A stretch of 64,000 nucleotides of DNA from IMG/VR virus record IMGVR_UViG_3300027759_000003, positions 1 through 64,000 of that record. One strand, 5' to 3'. The first letter of the stretch is position 1, and each line of letters opens with the position of its first letter. The translations under genes and the position numbers were made by a program. Source of the stretch: a virus. Positions 8,951-19,400 of the stretch are shown here, one piece after another. The notes below the pieces were generated by a model that searched no databases, was not told the DNA's origin, and saw only the letters and a list, made by a program, of their open reading frames with translations.

Positions 8951-10270
8951 ATGTTAATAAATAAGGCTCATTGGGAAACTACTGGCGACAGCGTTCGCCT
9001 ATCAATGCCTATTGGTAAAATAGACATAGAGCGTCGTATGGTTTCTGGTTTTGCTACTTTAGATAATATTGATAAGCAAGGCGACATCGTAACAACAGAG
9101 TCAAGCGTTGAAGCATTCAAAAATTTTAGAGGAAACTTGCGTGAGATGCACCAACCATCCGCAGTTGGAAAAATTGTATCATTTAAAGAAGATCGTTATT
9201 TTGATCCATCAGTTAAGAAGTTTTATAGTGGAGTATACGTTTCAGCATATGTTTCAAAAGGTGCACAAGATGCATGGGAAAAGGTTTTAGACGGAACATA
9301 CAAAGGTTTTTCTATTGGCGGTAACATTAAAAATTGGGACGATGCATACAACGAAGAACTAAGCAAAACTATACGTGTAATTAAAGAATATGATTTATTT
9401 GAGTTGTCGTTGGTTGATAATCCTGCAAACCAATTTGCAAACATTGTATCTATTGAAAAAGTAGATGGTAAAAATGTTGTTGGTGGATATCTTTCAAAGG
9501 CAGAAATTGAAAATGTGTTTTGGGATTCAGAAACTGGAATTGTTATGGTATCAGAGTCTGAAAACGAAACAAGCCCTACATCAGGAAAGGCAATGCAAAA
9601 CATTGGCTTTATTGAAAAGGGAGACAAGAATAATACAGAAACAATAAAGTTCTTAGTTGATAGTGCTAAAGGCATTAGTACAATTAAGATTACAAAGGAG
9701 GTTAGTCCTATGACTGAAACAACAGAAGCAGTGGTTGACACTGCAGTTGAAGAAGTACAGGTCGCTCCAGAGGCACAGCCAGTAGCAGTTGAAGAAACTG
9801 TTGCAGTTGCTGAGGAGGCACCAGCAGTTGAAGAACTTGCTCTTGCTAAATCTAGCGATGGTAGTGCAGATTCTTCTGTTGAAAAAACAGAAGAGGGAGA
9901 AGTTGTTGCAACTGAAACTGTTGTAGCAAAGTCTGATGAAGTAATTGTTGAGGCAGTTACAGAAATCAAAAATTCTCTTACAAATGCCTTTGGCGATTTA
10001 GCAACAACCGTTAAGTCTCTTCACGAGCAAATTGTTGCATTGAGTAAGTCTCTTGACACCGTATCAGGTGAGGTTAAGACCGTATCTGATGAAGTAAAAA
10101 ATGTAAAGGGAGTTTTTAATGAGTTTGGTAAGCGAGTAGATCTTGTAGAACAAGACACCGCTTTCCGCAAGTCTGGCGATCTAGGCGAGATCGTGCAGTT
10201 TGAACCGTCAAAAGTTCAGAAATCCCTATGGGGCGGTCGTTTCCTCACATCAACCGACCTATTTAACTAA
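8951..10270 (+). CDS. Prohead (capsid maturation) protease fused to acidic/coiled-coil scaffold
   Basis: VSGFATLDNIDKQGD, LREMH, YKGFSIGG and ELSLVDNPAN are HK97-type protease motifs; Glu/Ala/Val-rich linker then heptad region; C-terminal QKSLWGGRFL. Confidence 0.9.
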   Translation: MLINKAHWETTGDSVRLSMPIGKIDIERRMVSGFATLDNIDKQGDIVTTESSVEAFKNFRGNLREMHQPSAVGKIVSFKEDRYFDPSVKKFYSGVYVSAYVSKGAQDAWEKVLDGTYKGFSIGGNIKNWDDAYNEELSKTIRVIKEYDLFELSLVDNPANQFANIVSIEKVDGKNVVGGYLSKAEIENVFWDSETGIVMVSESENETSPTSGKAMQNIGFIEKGDKNNTETIKFLVDSAKGISTIKITKEVSPMTETTEAVVDTAVEEVQVAPEAQPVAVEETVAVAEEAPAVEELALAKSSDGSADSSVEKTEEGEVVATETVVAKSDEVIVEAVTEIKNSLTNAFGDLATTVKSLHEQIVALSKSLDTVSGEVKTVSDEVKNVKGVFNEFGKRVDLVEQDTAFRKSGDLGEIVQFEPSKVQKSLWGGRFLTSTDLFN

Positions 10271-10298
10271 AGTAAAAAATCACTAGGAGGTGAAAATA

Positions 10299-11450
10299 AT
10301 GTCGGAACAAAATAAAGACCTAGAAAAGAACTACCCAGGATCAGGCGGAGCAGGCAATGAGATTAACTCTCAAGGCGGATTCGTATCTGGTGGCGTAGGT
10401 AGTGCTACTGGTTTAAACTCTGCAGCAGCGTCTGTAGGATCACAACTTGGTAACACTGCAACTGCAGCATTCGGATCAACATCTGGAGACAATGCAGTAA
10501 ACCCAACAGGCGTCGCAGGTGGTATTCTAGCACCAGAACAAGCACGTCGCTTCATCGACTATGTGTGGGATGCAACAGTTCTCGCTAAAGATGGTCGTAG
10601 AGTTACAATGCGTGCCAATACAATGGAGATCGAAAAGGTCAACGTTGGAGAGCGTGTTATCCGTGCAGCCGCACAAGGCGCACCAGATTACACAAACATT
10701 GGTGCAACATTCTCAAAGGTTGAATTAACTACCAAAAAGATTCGTCTTGATTGGGAAGTATCAACTGAAGCACTAGAAGACAATATTGAAGGTGGAGCAC
10801 TTGAAGATCATTTAGTTCGCTTAATGACCAATGCATTCGCTAACGATATTGAAGACCTTGCAATTAATGGTCTAGGAACAGGCGCAGATGCCTTCCTTTC
10901 CATCATGCCTGGCTTTGTTAAGCAAACTCGTTTGACAGCAGGAAATGCTGCTCACGAATATGCTGCAACAGTTGCAGACAACAACTACACCACATCAGTA
11001 ATGCAAGGCTTGCTATTAGCAATGCCTCGTAAGTACCGTGCACTTAAGAGCAATCTTAAGTTCTATGCAGGTACTGATGCTTTTGCTGGTATTGTTCGCA
11101 ACAACGGTACACTAGCAGATGCTATTTCATCAGCGTTCTCAGATCGCACTGGTAGCACTCAAGCAAATCGTCAAGATTATCTTGATGGCACAGCACAAAC
11201 ACTAGGTAATACACGTACAACTCGTGTACTTGGTGTAGATGTTCTAGAAGTTCCTTACTACCCTGCAGGTTATGTTGATTTAACATTCCCTCAGAACCGT
11301 GTATGGGGTTTCCAAAGAGACATCACTGTAAACCGTGAATACAAGCCAAAGAAAGATACAATTGAGTACACAGTATTTGTACGCTTTGGTATCCAATGGG
11401 AAGAACTAGATGCAGTCGCTTATGTTGACTCAGATAGCGCTGATTCCTAA
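10299..11450 (+). CDS. Major capsid protein (HK97 fold)
   Basis: Strong SD AGGAGGTG; GGILAPEQARRFID, EALEDNIEG, FANDIEDLAING; followed by a terminator. Confidence 0.92.
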   Translation: MSEQNKDLEKNYPGSGGAGNEINSQGGFVSGGVGSATGLNSAAASVGSQLGNTATAAFGSTSGDNAVNPTGVAGGILAPEQARRFIDYVWDATVLAKDGRRVTMRANTMEIEKVNVGERVIRAAAQGAPDYTNIGATFSKVELTTKKIRLDWEVSTEALEDNIEGGALEDHLVRLMTNAFANDIEDLAINGLGTGADAFLSIMPGFVKQTRLTAGNAAHEYAATVADNNYTTSVMQGLLLAMPRKYRALKSNLKFYAGTDAFAGIVRNNGTLADAISSAFSDRTGSTQANRQDYLDGTAQTLGNTRTTRVLGVDVLEVPYYPAGYVDLTFPQNRVWGFQRDITVNREYKPKKDTIEYTVFVRFGIQWEELDAVAYVDSDSADS

Positions 11451-11470
11451 GATCTAAAAGATCAAATATT

Positions 11471-11506
11471 AGGGCGGGTAGCGTAAAAACTACCCGCCTT
11501 ATTCTT
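11471..11506 (+). terminator. Intrinsic terminator after MCP
   Basis: GGCGGGTAG/CTACCCGCC perfect 9-bp stem with T-rich tail. Confidence 0.85.
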
Positions 11507-11510
11507 ATTC

Positions 11511-11519
11511 TGGTATAAT
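11511..11519 (+). promoter_or_regulatory. Extended -10 promoter (TGGTATAAT)
   Basis: Directly after the MCP terminator; SD AGGAGA before 11542. Confidence 0.7.
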
Positions 11520-11541
11520 TACAAATAAGCATAGGAGAATT

Positions 11542-11895
11542 ATGAATTTAACAATAGAAGAATTATCTACTAAAACTGTAATGGCACTTAAAGCATATGC
11601 AAAGAAAAATAAAATAGAATTATTTGAAGCAAACACTAAACTTGAAATTTTAGAAATTTTGGCTAGTTGGATTCCACCAGAAAAAACAGAAGAGCAAGTG
11701 CAAGAAGCAGATAAAGCGAAAAGTATGATAAATAAAATAGCGTTATACTCAGAAAGAAACCTACACATGGATAACCTAGGTGCTCTTAAGGTAGGATACA
11801 ACATAGTCTCAAAGGAGGCATCGGAAAAGTGGCTAACCCACAGGTTGGTAAGAGTTGCACCACCTGAAGAGGTAGCCGCATACTACGGTAAATAA
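11542..11895 (+). CDS. Head-associated hypothetical protein with Rho-N-like helical N-terminus
   Basis: IEELSTKTVMALKAYAKKNKI resembles the Rho N-terminal helical motif; located between MCP and neck genes. Confidence 0.55.
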   Translation: MNLTIEELSTKTVMALKAYAKKNKIELFEANTKLEILEILASWIPPEKTEEQVQEADKAKSMINKIALYSERNLHMDNLGALKVGYNIVSKEASEKWLTHRLVRVAPPEEVAAYYGK

Positions 11896-11897
11896 AA

Positions 11898-12884
11898 ATG
11901 CAGATATTACGTCTTCCCCCATACCCACTTTCTGTTACTTACACAGTTCCAGATGCTAATGCTGACTATATTATTGTTATTGAAAACGTTGCAGAATTAA
12001 CAGAAATTGAAGAGACCATTGAGTCTAATGCTACTAAAAAAATAACTTATTCTTTAGATGATGACTTTGTTAAATACGATAAATCATATGCTTTAACAAT
12101 TTATGAAGATGGCGGATCCTCTGGAGCAAACATTGTACGTGGTGATGTTGTAGTACAAGATAATCTAGAAATTATGAGACCATACGTAGATCCAACATCT
12201 TTGGCTACATCTGGTACAGCAACTGACATAGCACTTTATACAGGTTATGAAAATTTAGCAAGAGCAATTATTGATGCTGCTGTCGGTGGATTTTATTATG
12301 ATAGAACATACTTAGAAGTTGTTGGACAAGGAAATGATTATTTACCACTTTGGAAAAAAACTCACAAAATTTTAAAGGTATATGAAAATGCACAACTAGT
12401 TTATGATATAAACAACGCAGACGGACCAGAACTGTTGGACTATACTTTTTTAATTACTAAAGATAAAACAGCAATTACTAAAGATCCATTAGAAGAAATT
12501 GACTCTATTAATCGGGCAGAACGAAGATATGCACGTATTCCACTAGGATACTCAGATTCTATTAGCATGTTTGATACAGAAGATAGTGGACACACCCAAA
12601 CTGTTGTTCCTGGAGTTGCATTTCCAGAAGGAGCAGATTATATTATGTTGCTAGAAACTGGGTATAAGGTTGTTCCTTATGACATCCAAGATGCAACATT
12701 AATGTTAATTGATGACATTAAGTGTGGAAAATTAGATTACTATAAGAGATATATTAAAAACTATAGCACCGATCAATTTAAAATTCAATACGATAAACGT
12801 TTAATTGATGGTACTGGAAACATCCTAGTAGATAAAATTTTAGAAAAATATAAAGAGAATATCATCCGTCCAGGAGTATTATAA
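11898..12884 (+). CDS. Head-to-tail adaptor (connector)
   Basis: Synteny, plus C-terminal GYKVVPYDIQDATLMLI and VDKILEKY typical of gp6/gp15-like adaptors. Confidence 0.7.
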   Translation: MQILRLPPYPLSVTYTVPDANADYIIVIENVAELTEIEETIESNATKKITYSLDDDFVKYDKSYALTIYEDGGSSGANIVRGDVVVQDNLEIMRPYVDPTSLATSGTATDIALYTGYENLARAIIDAAVGGFYYDRTYLEVVGQGNDYLPLWKKTHKILKVYENAQLVYDINNADGPELLDYTFLITKDKTAITKDPLEEIDSINRAERRYARIPLGYSDSISMFDTEDSGHTQTVVPGVAFPEGADYIMLLETGYKVVPYDIQDATLMLIDDIKCGKLDYYKRYIKNYSTDQFKIQYDKRLIDGTGNILVDKILEKYKENIIRPGVL

Positions 12885-13333
12885 TGGAAGACTGTACAAC
12901 AACAGACTTTCTTTATCCAATGAAGGCTGACCTATATTATCCAGTAATAAACCAAACACAATACGGACAAGCAAGTAGAACCTGGTTTTATGATAGAACA
13001 ATTATATGCAATGCTACCTCTATAGGAGGAGCGGGTACTGAACAAATTAAACCAGAAGCATTTTTACAACATGAAAACAAACTAATAGCAAGAGTAAAAG
13101 CAGATCCTAGAATGTCTTCAACTGAAACAGAAAATGCAATTAACAATATTTTAATTACAAATATCCGTAATGCCAACGACCAACTCATTTATAGAGAAAC
13201 AGGAGGCTCAAGGTCTGGACGTGGAACAATCTATGAGGTAGCAACTGTAGACCCTTTTACTGGACCATTTGGATCAATTGAGTATTTTAAAATATTATTA
13301 CGCAGAACAGAAAATCAAACAATAACAGACTAA
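12884..13333 (+). CDS. Head-to-tail stopper / head closure protein
   Basis: Synteny, size and beta-rich pattern; TAATG coupling. Confidence 0.6.
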   Translation: MEDCTTTDFLYPMKADLYYPVINQTQYGQASRTWFYDRTIICNATSIGGAGTEQIKPEAFLQHENKLIARVKADPRMSSTETENAINNILITNIRNANDQLIYRETGGSRSGRGTIYEVATVDPFTGPFGSIEYFKILLRRTENQTITD

Positions 13334-14010
13334 TGATAATTACAACAAATACTAAAAGTTTTGACAAACAGATGAACAACATTGTCCAATATGCTTTTGG
13401 ATTTTTAGATGGTGCTCAAAAAGGTAAAACTGTTTTTTTAAAAAACTTAGGTGCAGGAACAATAGATGCAATGGCTAGATATGTAGATGTTTCTGCAAGG
13501 GGAAATCCCGCAGCACTTCAACATGTATATGAGTGGTATCAAACGGGTAGTCCAAGTTCAAGACTATTTAACATTACATATACTGTTAGTAACTTAGGGT
13601 TAAGCATTAATTCAACATTTACTCAATCAAGAGGTATAAAAAAAGAATCAAATATCCCATTTTACAATAAGGCTAAAATTATGGAAGAAGGAATTCCAGT
13701 TGTAATTAAACCAATAAAGTCTCCAGTTCTTGTTTTTAATGAAGGCGGTCAAACCATCTTTACTAAAAATCCTGTAACAGTTAGAAACCCTGGAGGAAGT
13801 CAGGCTCAAGGATCTTTTGAAAAAACTATGGATGAATTTATTTTAAGATATTTTAAACAATCATTTTTACGTGCTAGTGGTATATATAATTACATTAAAA
13901 AACCAATAATATTTAAAAAAGAAATAAAAACTGGAGCAAGAATGGGCAGATCAAAAGGTATCAATACTGGCTTTAAATGGATTGCTAATGCAAAGATTAG
14001 TGTAGAATAG
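13333..14010 (+). CDS. Neck / tail completion protein
   Basis: Synteny in the neck module; basic protein; TAATG coupling. Confidence 0.5.
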   Translation: MIITTNTKSFDKQMNNIVQYAFGFLDGAQKGKTVFLKNLGAGTIDAMARYVDVSARGNPAALQHVYEWYQTGSPSSRLFNITYTVSNLGLSINSTFTQSRGIKKESNIPFYNKAKIMEEGIPVVIKPIKSPVLVFNEGGQTIFTKNPVTVRNPGGSQAQGSFEKTMDEFILRYFKQSFLRASGIYNYIKKPIIFKKEIKTGARMGRSKGINTGFKWIANAKISVE

Positions 14011-14014
14011 TATT

Positions 14015-14593
14015 ATGGTATCAATAGTATCAGCAGAAACTGGATTCCCGCCACTCTTTGTTAATGCCTTTGTTAACAGCGAACTTAAAGAGTTTGAGTT
14101 AATGCCAACTGGACCAGAACCGTTTCAACCATTTTTTCCTGCCCAAGTGCCCGATAGCGTAGAGGGTATTTATAATGACATTCCCTTTATTAGAAATAAT
14201 CCTGATACTACCGTAATTATATTTGACAGACTTATGAGGTTTAGACCTACCCCATTTTATAAGCATAAAAGAGAACAATTAATATATTTTATTTACAGCC
14301 CCAACCTTTCTAAATTATTTGACACTACCAGAGTAATAATAGAATGTCTTGATCGAGAAGATGTTGCAGCGCAGGCTTTAAACTCTTGGATAGCAGAAAA
14401 TGATATAGAAGATGAAAATGGTAACGTAATCCCTAAAAATGTATTTTTTCACAATTTAAAAGTATATCAAGCAGATGAAAGTAGAGATATAATAGAGTTA
14501 GCCTCAGCCAGAACTTTGGGGCTAAACAAGTTAGTCATAGAGTATGACTATCACACGGTAAGCGTAGAAGGCTCAAATCAAAGGTACTCCTAA
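14015..14593 (+). CDS. Tail terminator-like protein
   Basis: Directly precedes the major tail gene; TAGAAT hexamer 6 nt upstream of the ATG (leaderless). Confidence 0.55.
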   Translation: MVSIVSAETGFPPLFVNAFVNSELKEFELMPTGPEPFQPFFPAQVPDSVEGIYNDIPFIRNNPDTTVIIFDRLMRFRPTPFYKHKREQLIYFIYSPNLSKLFDTTRVIIECLDREDVAAQALNSWIAENDIEDENGNVIPKNVFFHNLKVYQADESRDIIELASARTLGLNKLVIEYDYHTVSVEGSNQRYS

Positions 14594-14598
14594 AACGG

Positions 14599-14607
14599 TG
14601 ATATAAT
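14599..14607 (+). promoter_or_regulatory. Extended -10 promoter (TGATATAAT) for major tail gene
   Basis: Consensus match in an intergenic gap. Confidence 0.7.
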
Positions 14608-14668
14608 TATATCGAGGAAACAACGCCATACAACTTAATATCTACTATTATGAAAAGAGGTAAAATAC

Positions 14669-15301
14669 ATGCCATATAGCCGTGGTACGTCGAACAACAT
14701 TATCGTTGGTGCAGCAGCACTTTTTGTTTGCGACACAACTTTAACTCCAGCAACCCTGGAAGCATTTGATGCAAGTGAGTCTTTTAAAGATACACTTACA
14801 GCAGACGCTGCATACGACAACGTAGGTTATACAATGAACGGTCTTGAATTACAGTTCCAACCAGATTTCGGTGAAGTCCAGGTAGATCAGGTTCTTGACG
14901 TTGCTAGACTATTTAAGCAAGGCATGCAAGTAAATCTTGCAACAGCCTTTGCCGAAGCAACTTTAGAAAACTTGCTTCTTGCTCTAGCGTATACTAGCGA
15001 CAAAATCTCAGGAAACAAAGCAGCATCTACAGGAAGAACATTAAACCTTTCTGCAGGCGATATTGGAGAAGTTCCAGTAGAGCGTGGATTAGTTGCTGTT
15101 GGCCCAGGAACTGGAAACCCAGTAACTGCAGCCGATGTTGAAAGAGTTTACACAGCATACCGTGCTTTGTCAATTGAAAACGTAACTGTATCAGCAAAGC
15201 GTGATGAGGCTTCAATGTTTGAAGTATCATTCCGTTTATTGCCAGAAGATACATCAGGATCTTACGGTAAAATCGTAGATCGCACATACGGTCAATCATA
15301 A
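14669..15301 (+). CDS. Major tail (tube) protein
   Basis: NIIVGAAALF, VGYTMNGLELQFQPDFGEVQVDQ, FAEATLENL; followed by a terminator and the chaperones. Confidence 0.85.
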   Translation: MPYSRGTSNNIIVGAAALFVCDTTLTPATLEAFDASESFKDTLTADAAYDNVGYTMNGLELQFQPDFGEVQVDQVLDVARLFKQGMQVNLATAFAEATLENLLLALAYTSDKISGNKAASTGRTLNLSAGDIGEVPVERGLVAVGPGTGNPVTAADVERVYTAYRALSIENVTVSAKRDEASMFEVSFRLLPEDTSGSYGKIVDRTYGQS

Positions 15302-15323
15302 TCTAAATTCAGATTAAACAAAT

Positions 15324-15350
15324 ACCCACTTCTTCGGAGGTGGGTTTTTT
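15324..15350 (+). terminator. Intrinsic terminator with cUUCGg tetraloop
   Basis: ACCCACTTC-TTCG-GAGGTGGGT followed by a T-run. Confidence 0.9.
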
Positions 15351-15360
15351 GTTGTGTCTG

Positions 15361-15369
15361 TGATAGAAT
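15361..15369 (+). promoter_or_regulatory. Extended -10 promoter (TGATAGAAT), leaderless/near-leaderless
   Basis: ATG 15378 is 8 nt after the hexamer; no SD. Confidence 0.6.
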
Positions 15370-15377
15370 AGAATTCT

Positions 15378-16073
15378 ATGGCAACTACAATATATAAAAG
15401 TGATATAGTCTATTTATTTGATGGGACAGAACTAGAAATAATACCATTAAAAATAAAGTATCTTCGTGAGTTTATGTTGACATTTAATAATATTAAAAAC
15501 ACAAAAAATGATGATGACGCAATTGGTATATTAATAGAATGTGTTAGAATCTGTATGAAACAATACTATCCTAAAATTTCAGGTACTGTTAAGAATGTTG
15601 AGGACAGTGTAGATATGCCCACTGTCTATAAAATACTAGATGCCGCCGCTGGCATTAAGATTAACAAAAAGTCAGAAGAACCAGTAAAGGATCAAGCAGT
15701 TGGTAGTGGTCAAACCTGGGAAACCCTAGACCTTGCAAAACTAGAAGCAGAGGTATTTTTGCTCGGTATTTGGAAAGACTACCAAGAGTTAGAAACTTCC
15801 TTATCAATGCCAGAGTTAATGGCAACCTTAGAGGTAATTAGAGAATTAGATTATACAGAAAAAAAATTCTTGGCAGCAATTCAAGGGGTGGACCTAGACA
15901 AAGAATCAAATAAAGATAAAGGTCAAAAGGAGTGGGAAGATATGAAAGCAAGAGTTTTTAGCAAAGGAAAAACTGTTGACGGCAACGATATTTTAGCATT
16001 ACAAGGACCTAATGCACAGAAAGCAGGGTTTGGTATAGGTATGGGTTTGGATTACGAAGATCTAACAAAATAA
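15378..16073 (+). CDS. Tail assembly chaperone, long (GT-like) form
   Basis: Lies between major tail and tape measure genes; N-terminal ~100 aa paralogous to 16120..16452, plus a ~130-aa C-terminal extension. Confidence 0.75.
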   Translation: MATTIYKSDIVYLFDGTELEIIPLKIKYLREFMLTFNNIKNTKNDDDAIGILIECVRICMKQYYPKISGTVKNVEDSVDMPTVYKILDAAAGIKINKKSEEPVKDQAVGSGQTWETLDLAKLEAEVFLLGIWKDYQELETSLSMPELMATLEVIRELDYTEKKFLAAIQGVDLDKESNKDKGQKEWEDMKARVFSKGKTVDGNDILALQGPNAQKAGFGIGMGLDYEDLTK

Positions 16074-16081
16074 CTTCCCTA

Positions 16082-16090
16082 TGCTATAAT
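16082..16090 (+). promoter_or_regulatory. Extended -10 promoter (TGCTATAAT)
   Basis: Consensus match; strong SD AGGAGG before 16120. Confidence 0.7.
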
Positions 16091-16119
16091 TGACATAGCC
16101 TATATAGGAGGATACACAA

Positions 16120-16452
16120 ATGGCAACAACAGTACACGAGGGTGAAGAACTTGTTCTCATGGACGGCACAAAAATTAAGGTACGCTCACTTAAGATTTCT
16201 TTGCTTCGTCCATTTATGAAAAAGTTTGAGCAGGTAGCAGGGGTAGCAGAAGATAACGATAAGTCAATGACTCTTCTTATTGAGTGCGTACAAATTGCTA
16301 TGGAGCAGTACAATCCAGACCTGTCTAAAGATATTAGTAAACTAGAAGAGGTCTTAGACCTTCCAACAGTTTATAAAATTATTGAAGCCGCTTCTGGAGT
16401 TAAGTTAGCAGATGCAAACGCTCTTTTAAATACAGTGCTTGCAAACAACTAA
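16120..16452 (+). CDS. Tail assembly chaperone, short (G-like) form
   Basis: Immediately upstream of the tape measure; paralog of the preceding gene's N-terminus. Confidence 0.75.
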   Translation: MATTVHEGEELVLMDGTKIKVRSLKISLLRPFMKKFEQVAGVAEDNDKSMTLLIECVQIAMEQYNPDLSKDISKLEEVLDLPTVYKIIEAASGVKLADANALLNTVLANN

Positions 16453-16474
16453 ATAATAAAAGAGGTGTAAATGA

Positions 16475-19400
16475 ATGGCTGATGTAAATGCTAATATTGG
16501 CGTACATATTGATACGTCGGCGGCACTGGCAGAACTTAAAAATCTCCAACGTCAATTAGCAACCTTCCATTCATCTGTAGCAAAAAGTAGCGCTGCCGCA
16601 GCAGCCGCTCAAAAAGGCTTACAGACCAATCTTTTAAATTCAATAAATGCAACGGGTAAATTCCGTGCACAAATGGGGTTAGTAAGAACCTCAACAGAAT
16701 CATTTACTCACGCACTGGAGACTAATAAACTCTCTATGCGTGAGTATTTCCGTTATGCAGGCGGATCTACAAAAACATTTGGCAGATTATTTAAACAAGA
16801 ATTTAACACAATTGGCAAAGTAGCCGAAGAGCGTGTTAAGAAAATGCAGACCCAGTATATAAAGATGGGTCGTGATGCTTCTGGAGCAATGAAAGCAATT
16901 TCAATAACTCCAAATACAGTTAACATGAAAGACTACTCTACAAAATTAGCGGTAGCAGCACAAAAACAAGCACTATTAAATCAACTATTAAAGCAAGGAT
17001 CTACCAACCTTTTAAATTTTGGTAAAAATACACAATGGGCAGGACGCCAACTTATGGTTGGTTTTACAATTCCTCTTGCTTATTTTGGTACCGCCGCTGC
17101 TAAAACATTTATGGATCTTGAAAAACAAGCCATTAGATTTAAACGTGTTTATGGAGACATGTTTACTACCAGTGATCAAACAAATAAAGCATTGGCTGAA
17201 GTACAATTACTTGCCGAAGAATTTACAAAGTATGGTGTTGCGGTTGCTAAAACAATGGAGATGGCAGCATCTGCTGCAGCAATGGGTAAAACAGGAGCAG
17301 ACCTTACAGCCCAAGTAGCACAAGCAACTCGACTTGCAGTGCTTGGTGGGGTAGAACAAGAACAAGCATTAGAAACAACAATATCAGTAACAAATGCTTT
17401 TGGTATAGCAGCAGAAGATTTAGCAAGCAAAATAAACTTCCTTAACGCAGTTGAAAACCAAACTGTAGTATCTATTGAAGACTTAACAGAGGCTATTCCT
17501 AAAGCAGGTCCAGTTGTTAAACAATTAGGCGGTACAGTAGAAGACTTAGCCTTCTTCTTAACAGCAATGAAAGAAGGCGGAATTAATGCATCAGAAGGTG
17601 CAAACGCCCTTAAGTCAGGTCTTGCCTCTTTAATTAATCCAAGTGAAAAAGCAAGCAAAATGCTTGCTAGCATGGGCATTAATATTAAAGCAATTGTTGA
17701 GGGTAATGCTGGAAACATTAAAGAAACAGTTATAGATTTTGCCCAAGCCCTAGACACTTTAGATCCCCTTAATCGTGCTCGTGCAATTGAGCAATTGTTT
17801 GGTAAGTTTCAATTTTCACGTCTATCAACACTATTTCAAAACGTAACAAAAGACGGAACACAGGCTGCCAGAGTATTAGAACTTGCAGGGGCTTCAATTG
17901 AAGAACTTGCAATATTATCTGAGCGAGAATTAGGCGTATTAGAAGATGCAATTGGCACAGACTTTAAAGAATCTATAGAAAAACTTAAACTTGCAATAGC
18001 CCCAATAGGTAAAGAATTTTTAAAAGCAGTTACACCAATTGCAAAAGCCCTTGGAGGATTTTTAGAAAAATTTAATAATCTTGGAGACGGCACTAAAAAG
18101 TTTATTGTTGTAGCAACAACTCTTGTTGGTGTAATTGGACCAGTGTTATTGATGACCTTTGGTTTGCTTGCCAACGGTGTTGCAAACATAATAAAACTAT
18201 TTATAACAATGCGCTCTGGATTTTTAAGGGCTGGAACAAATAGTAATCTTCTTGCACAGCAAACCCAATATTTAAATAGCGAACAACTAGAAGCAGCCAC
18301 AGTAGCGGCATCTTTAAATCAGGCTCATACACGTCTAACGCAATCATTTGCAGTAGAAACAACGGCAGTTAGATTATTACGTCAAGCCTATATTGATGCA
18401 ACCGTAGCAGCAACAAGATTTGCTATGGCAAATCCAGGTATGATGATGCCAGGTGGAAAGTTTACTCCTAAAAAGTTTGCAAGTGGTGTAGCCGAAGTTC
18501 CAGGAACTGGAAATAAAGATACTGTTCCTGCTTTATTGATGCCAGGCGAAGCGGTAATTCCAAAGAAAATTGCACAAGACAATAAATATGCACCAATTAT
18601 TAATGCAATGGTTAATGGAACAATACAAGCATTTGGTGATGGAACTACTGGGGCTGAAAGGTTTAGATCCTTACCCGCAGGCACCAACCTAGATGAAGCA
18701 ATCAACAGAATAAGAGAAAAAACAGCAGGTACTGGTGGCGGTGCAAACATGGTTGCTGGAGTAAGAGCAGGACAACAAGCACAATATAATAGAGAAGACT
18801 CTTCTGTTTTACAAGCACTAAGTGGAAAAACTTCAGGAACACCAAATCAAACATTGCAAAAAGAAATAGAGTTAAAGTATGGCCGCAACTTAGGAGTAGA
18901 TACTGAAGCACAACAAGCATACAAAAAGAACAGAAAAGGATTCCAAGAAATTCTTTCAAGAATTACTTATGATGAAAAATCTGGAAAATATATTTACAGT
19001 GATAAAAAAGGTATTATACAATCTACTTTTACTAAAGAACAACTTGACCGTCAAATAAAATATGCCTTTAAAGAAGCACCTAGCCAAAATGGAACGATGT
19101 CTAAGAGAAAAACTATTCCAGAGACACTTAATAGATATATTGGTAGACTTGGAAAAGCAGGAAGTGGTGCTCCACGAGAAGTAAGAGAATTAAGACAAAA
19201 ATACAATCAAAAAACTGCTGGACTTGGTTTAGATAGAGAAAACCTTGCTCTTACTAAAGAACTAAGAAAACAGGGTTTGACAACAAATGAAATTAACAAA
19301 TTTATGGGAAAGAAATCAGAATCCCATATATTTAAACCATTAGATCCAAAAACTAAATGGCAAAGTGGGCTTACAATTTCTGATCATGAAGGCATTGGTC

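Noticed and set aside
9223-9969. 248-aa minus-strand ORF, and similar ones at 17176-17757, 17836-18300, 49377-49874, 50390-50896 and 54440-54907
   Set aside because: Antisense shadows of strongly codon-biased + strand genes; Ser/Thr/Ala-rich mirror composition, no SD or promoter, no motifs.
10058-10099. 21-bp imperfect duplication in scaffold; also 9-bp RAQ repeats near 20183 and EEIPV repeats near 49096
   Set aside because: Ordinary coding micro-repeats in coiled-coil or low-complexity segments.
15840-15870. A-run (GAAAAAAAATTC) in the long chaperone as a slippery frameshift site
   Set aside because: The G+T product is already in one frame and the short form has its own gene; A-runs are common in this AT-rich genome.
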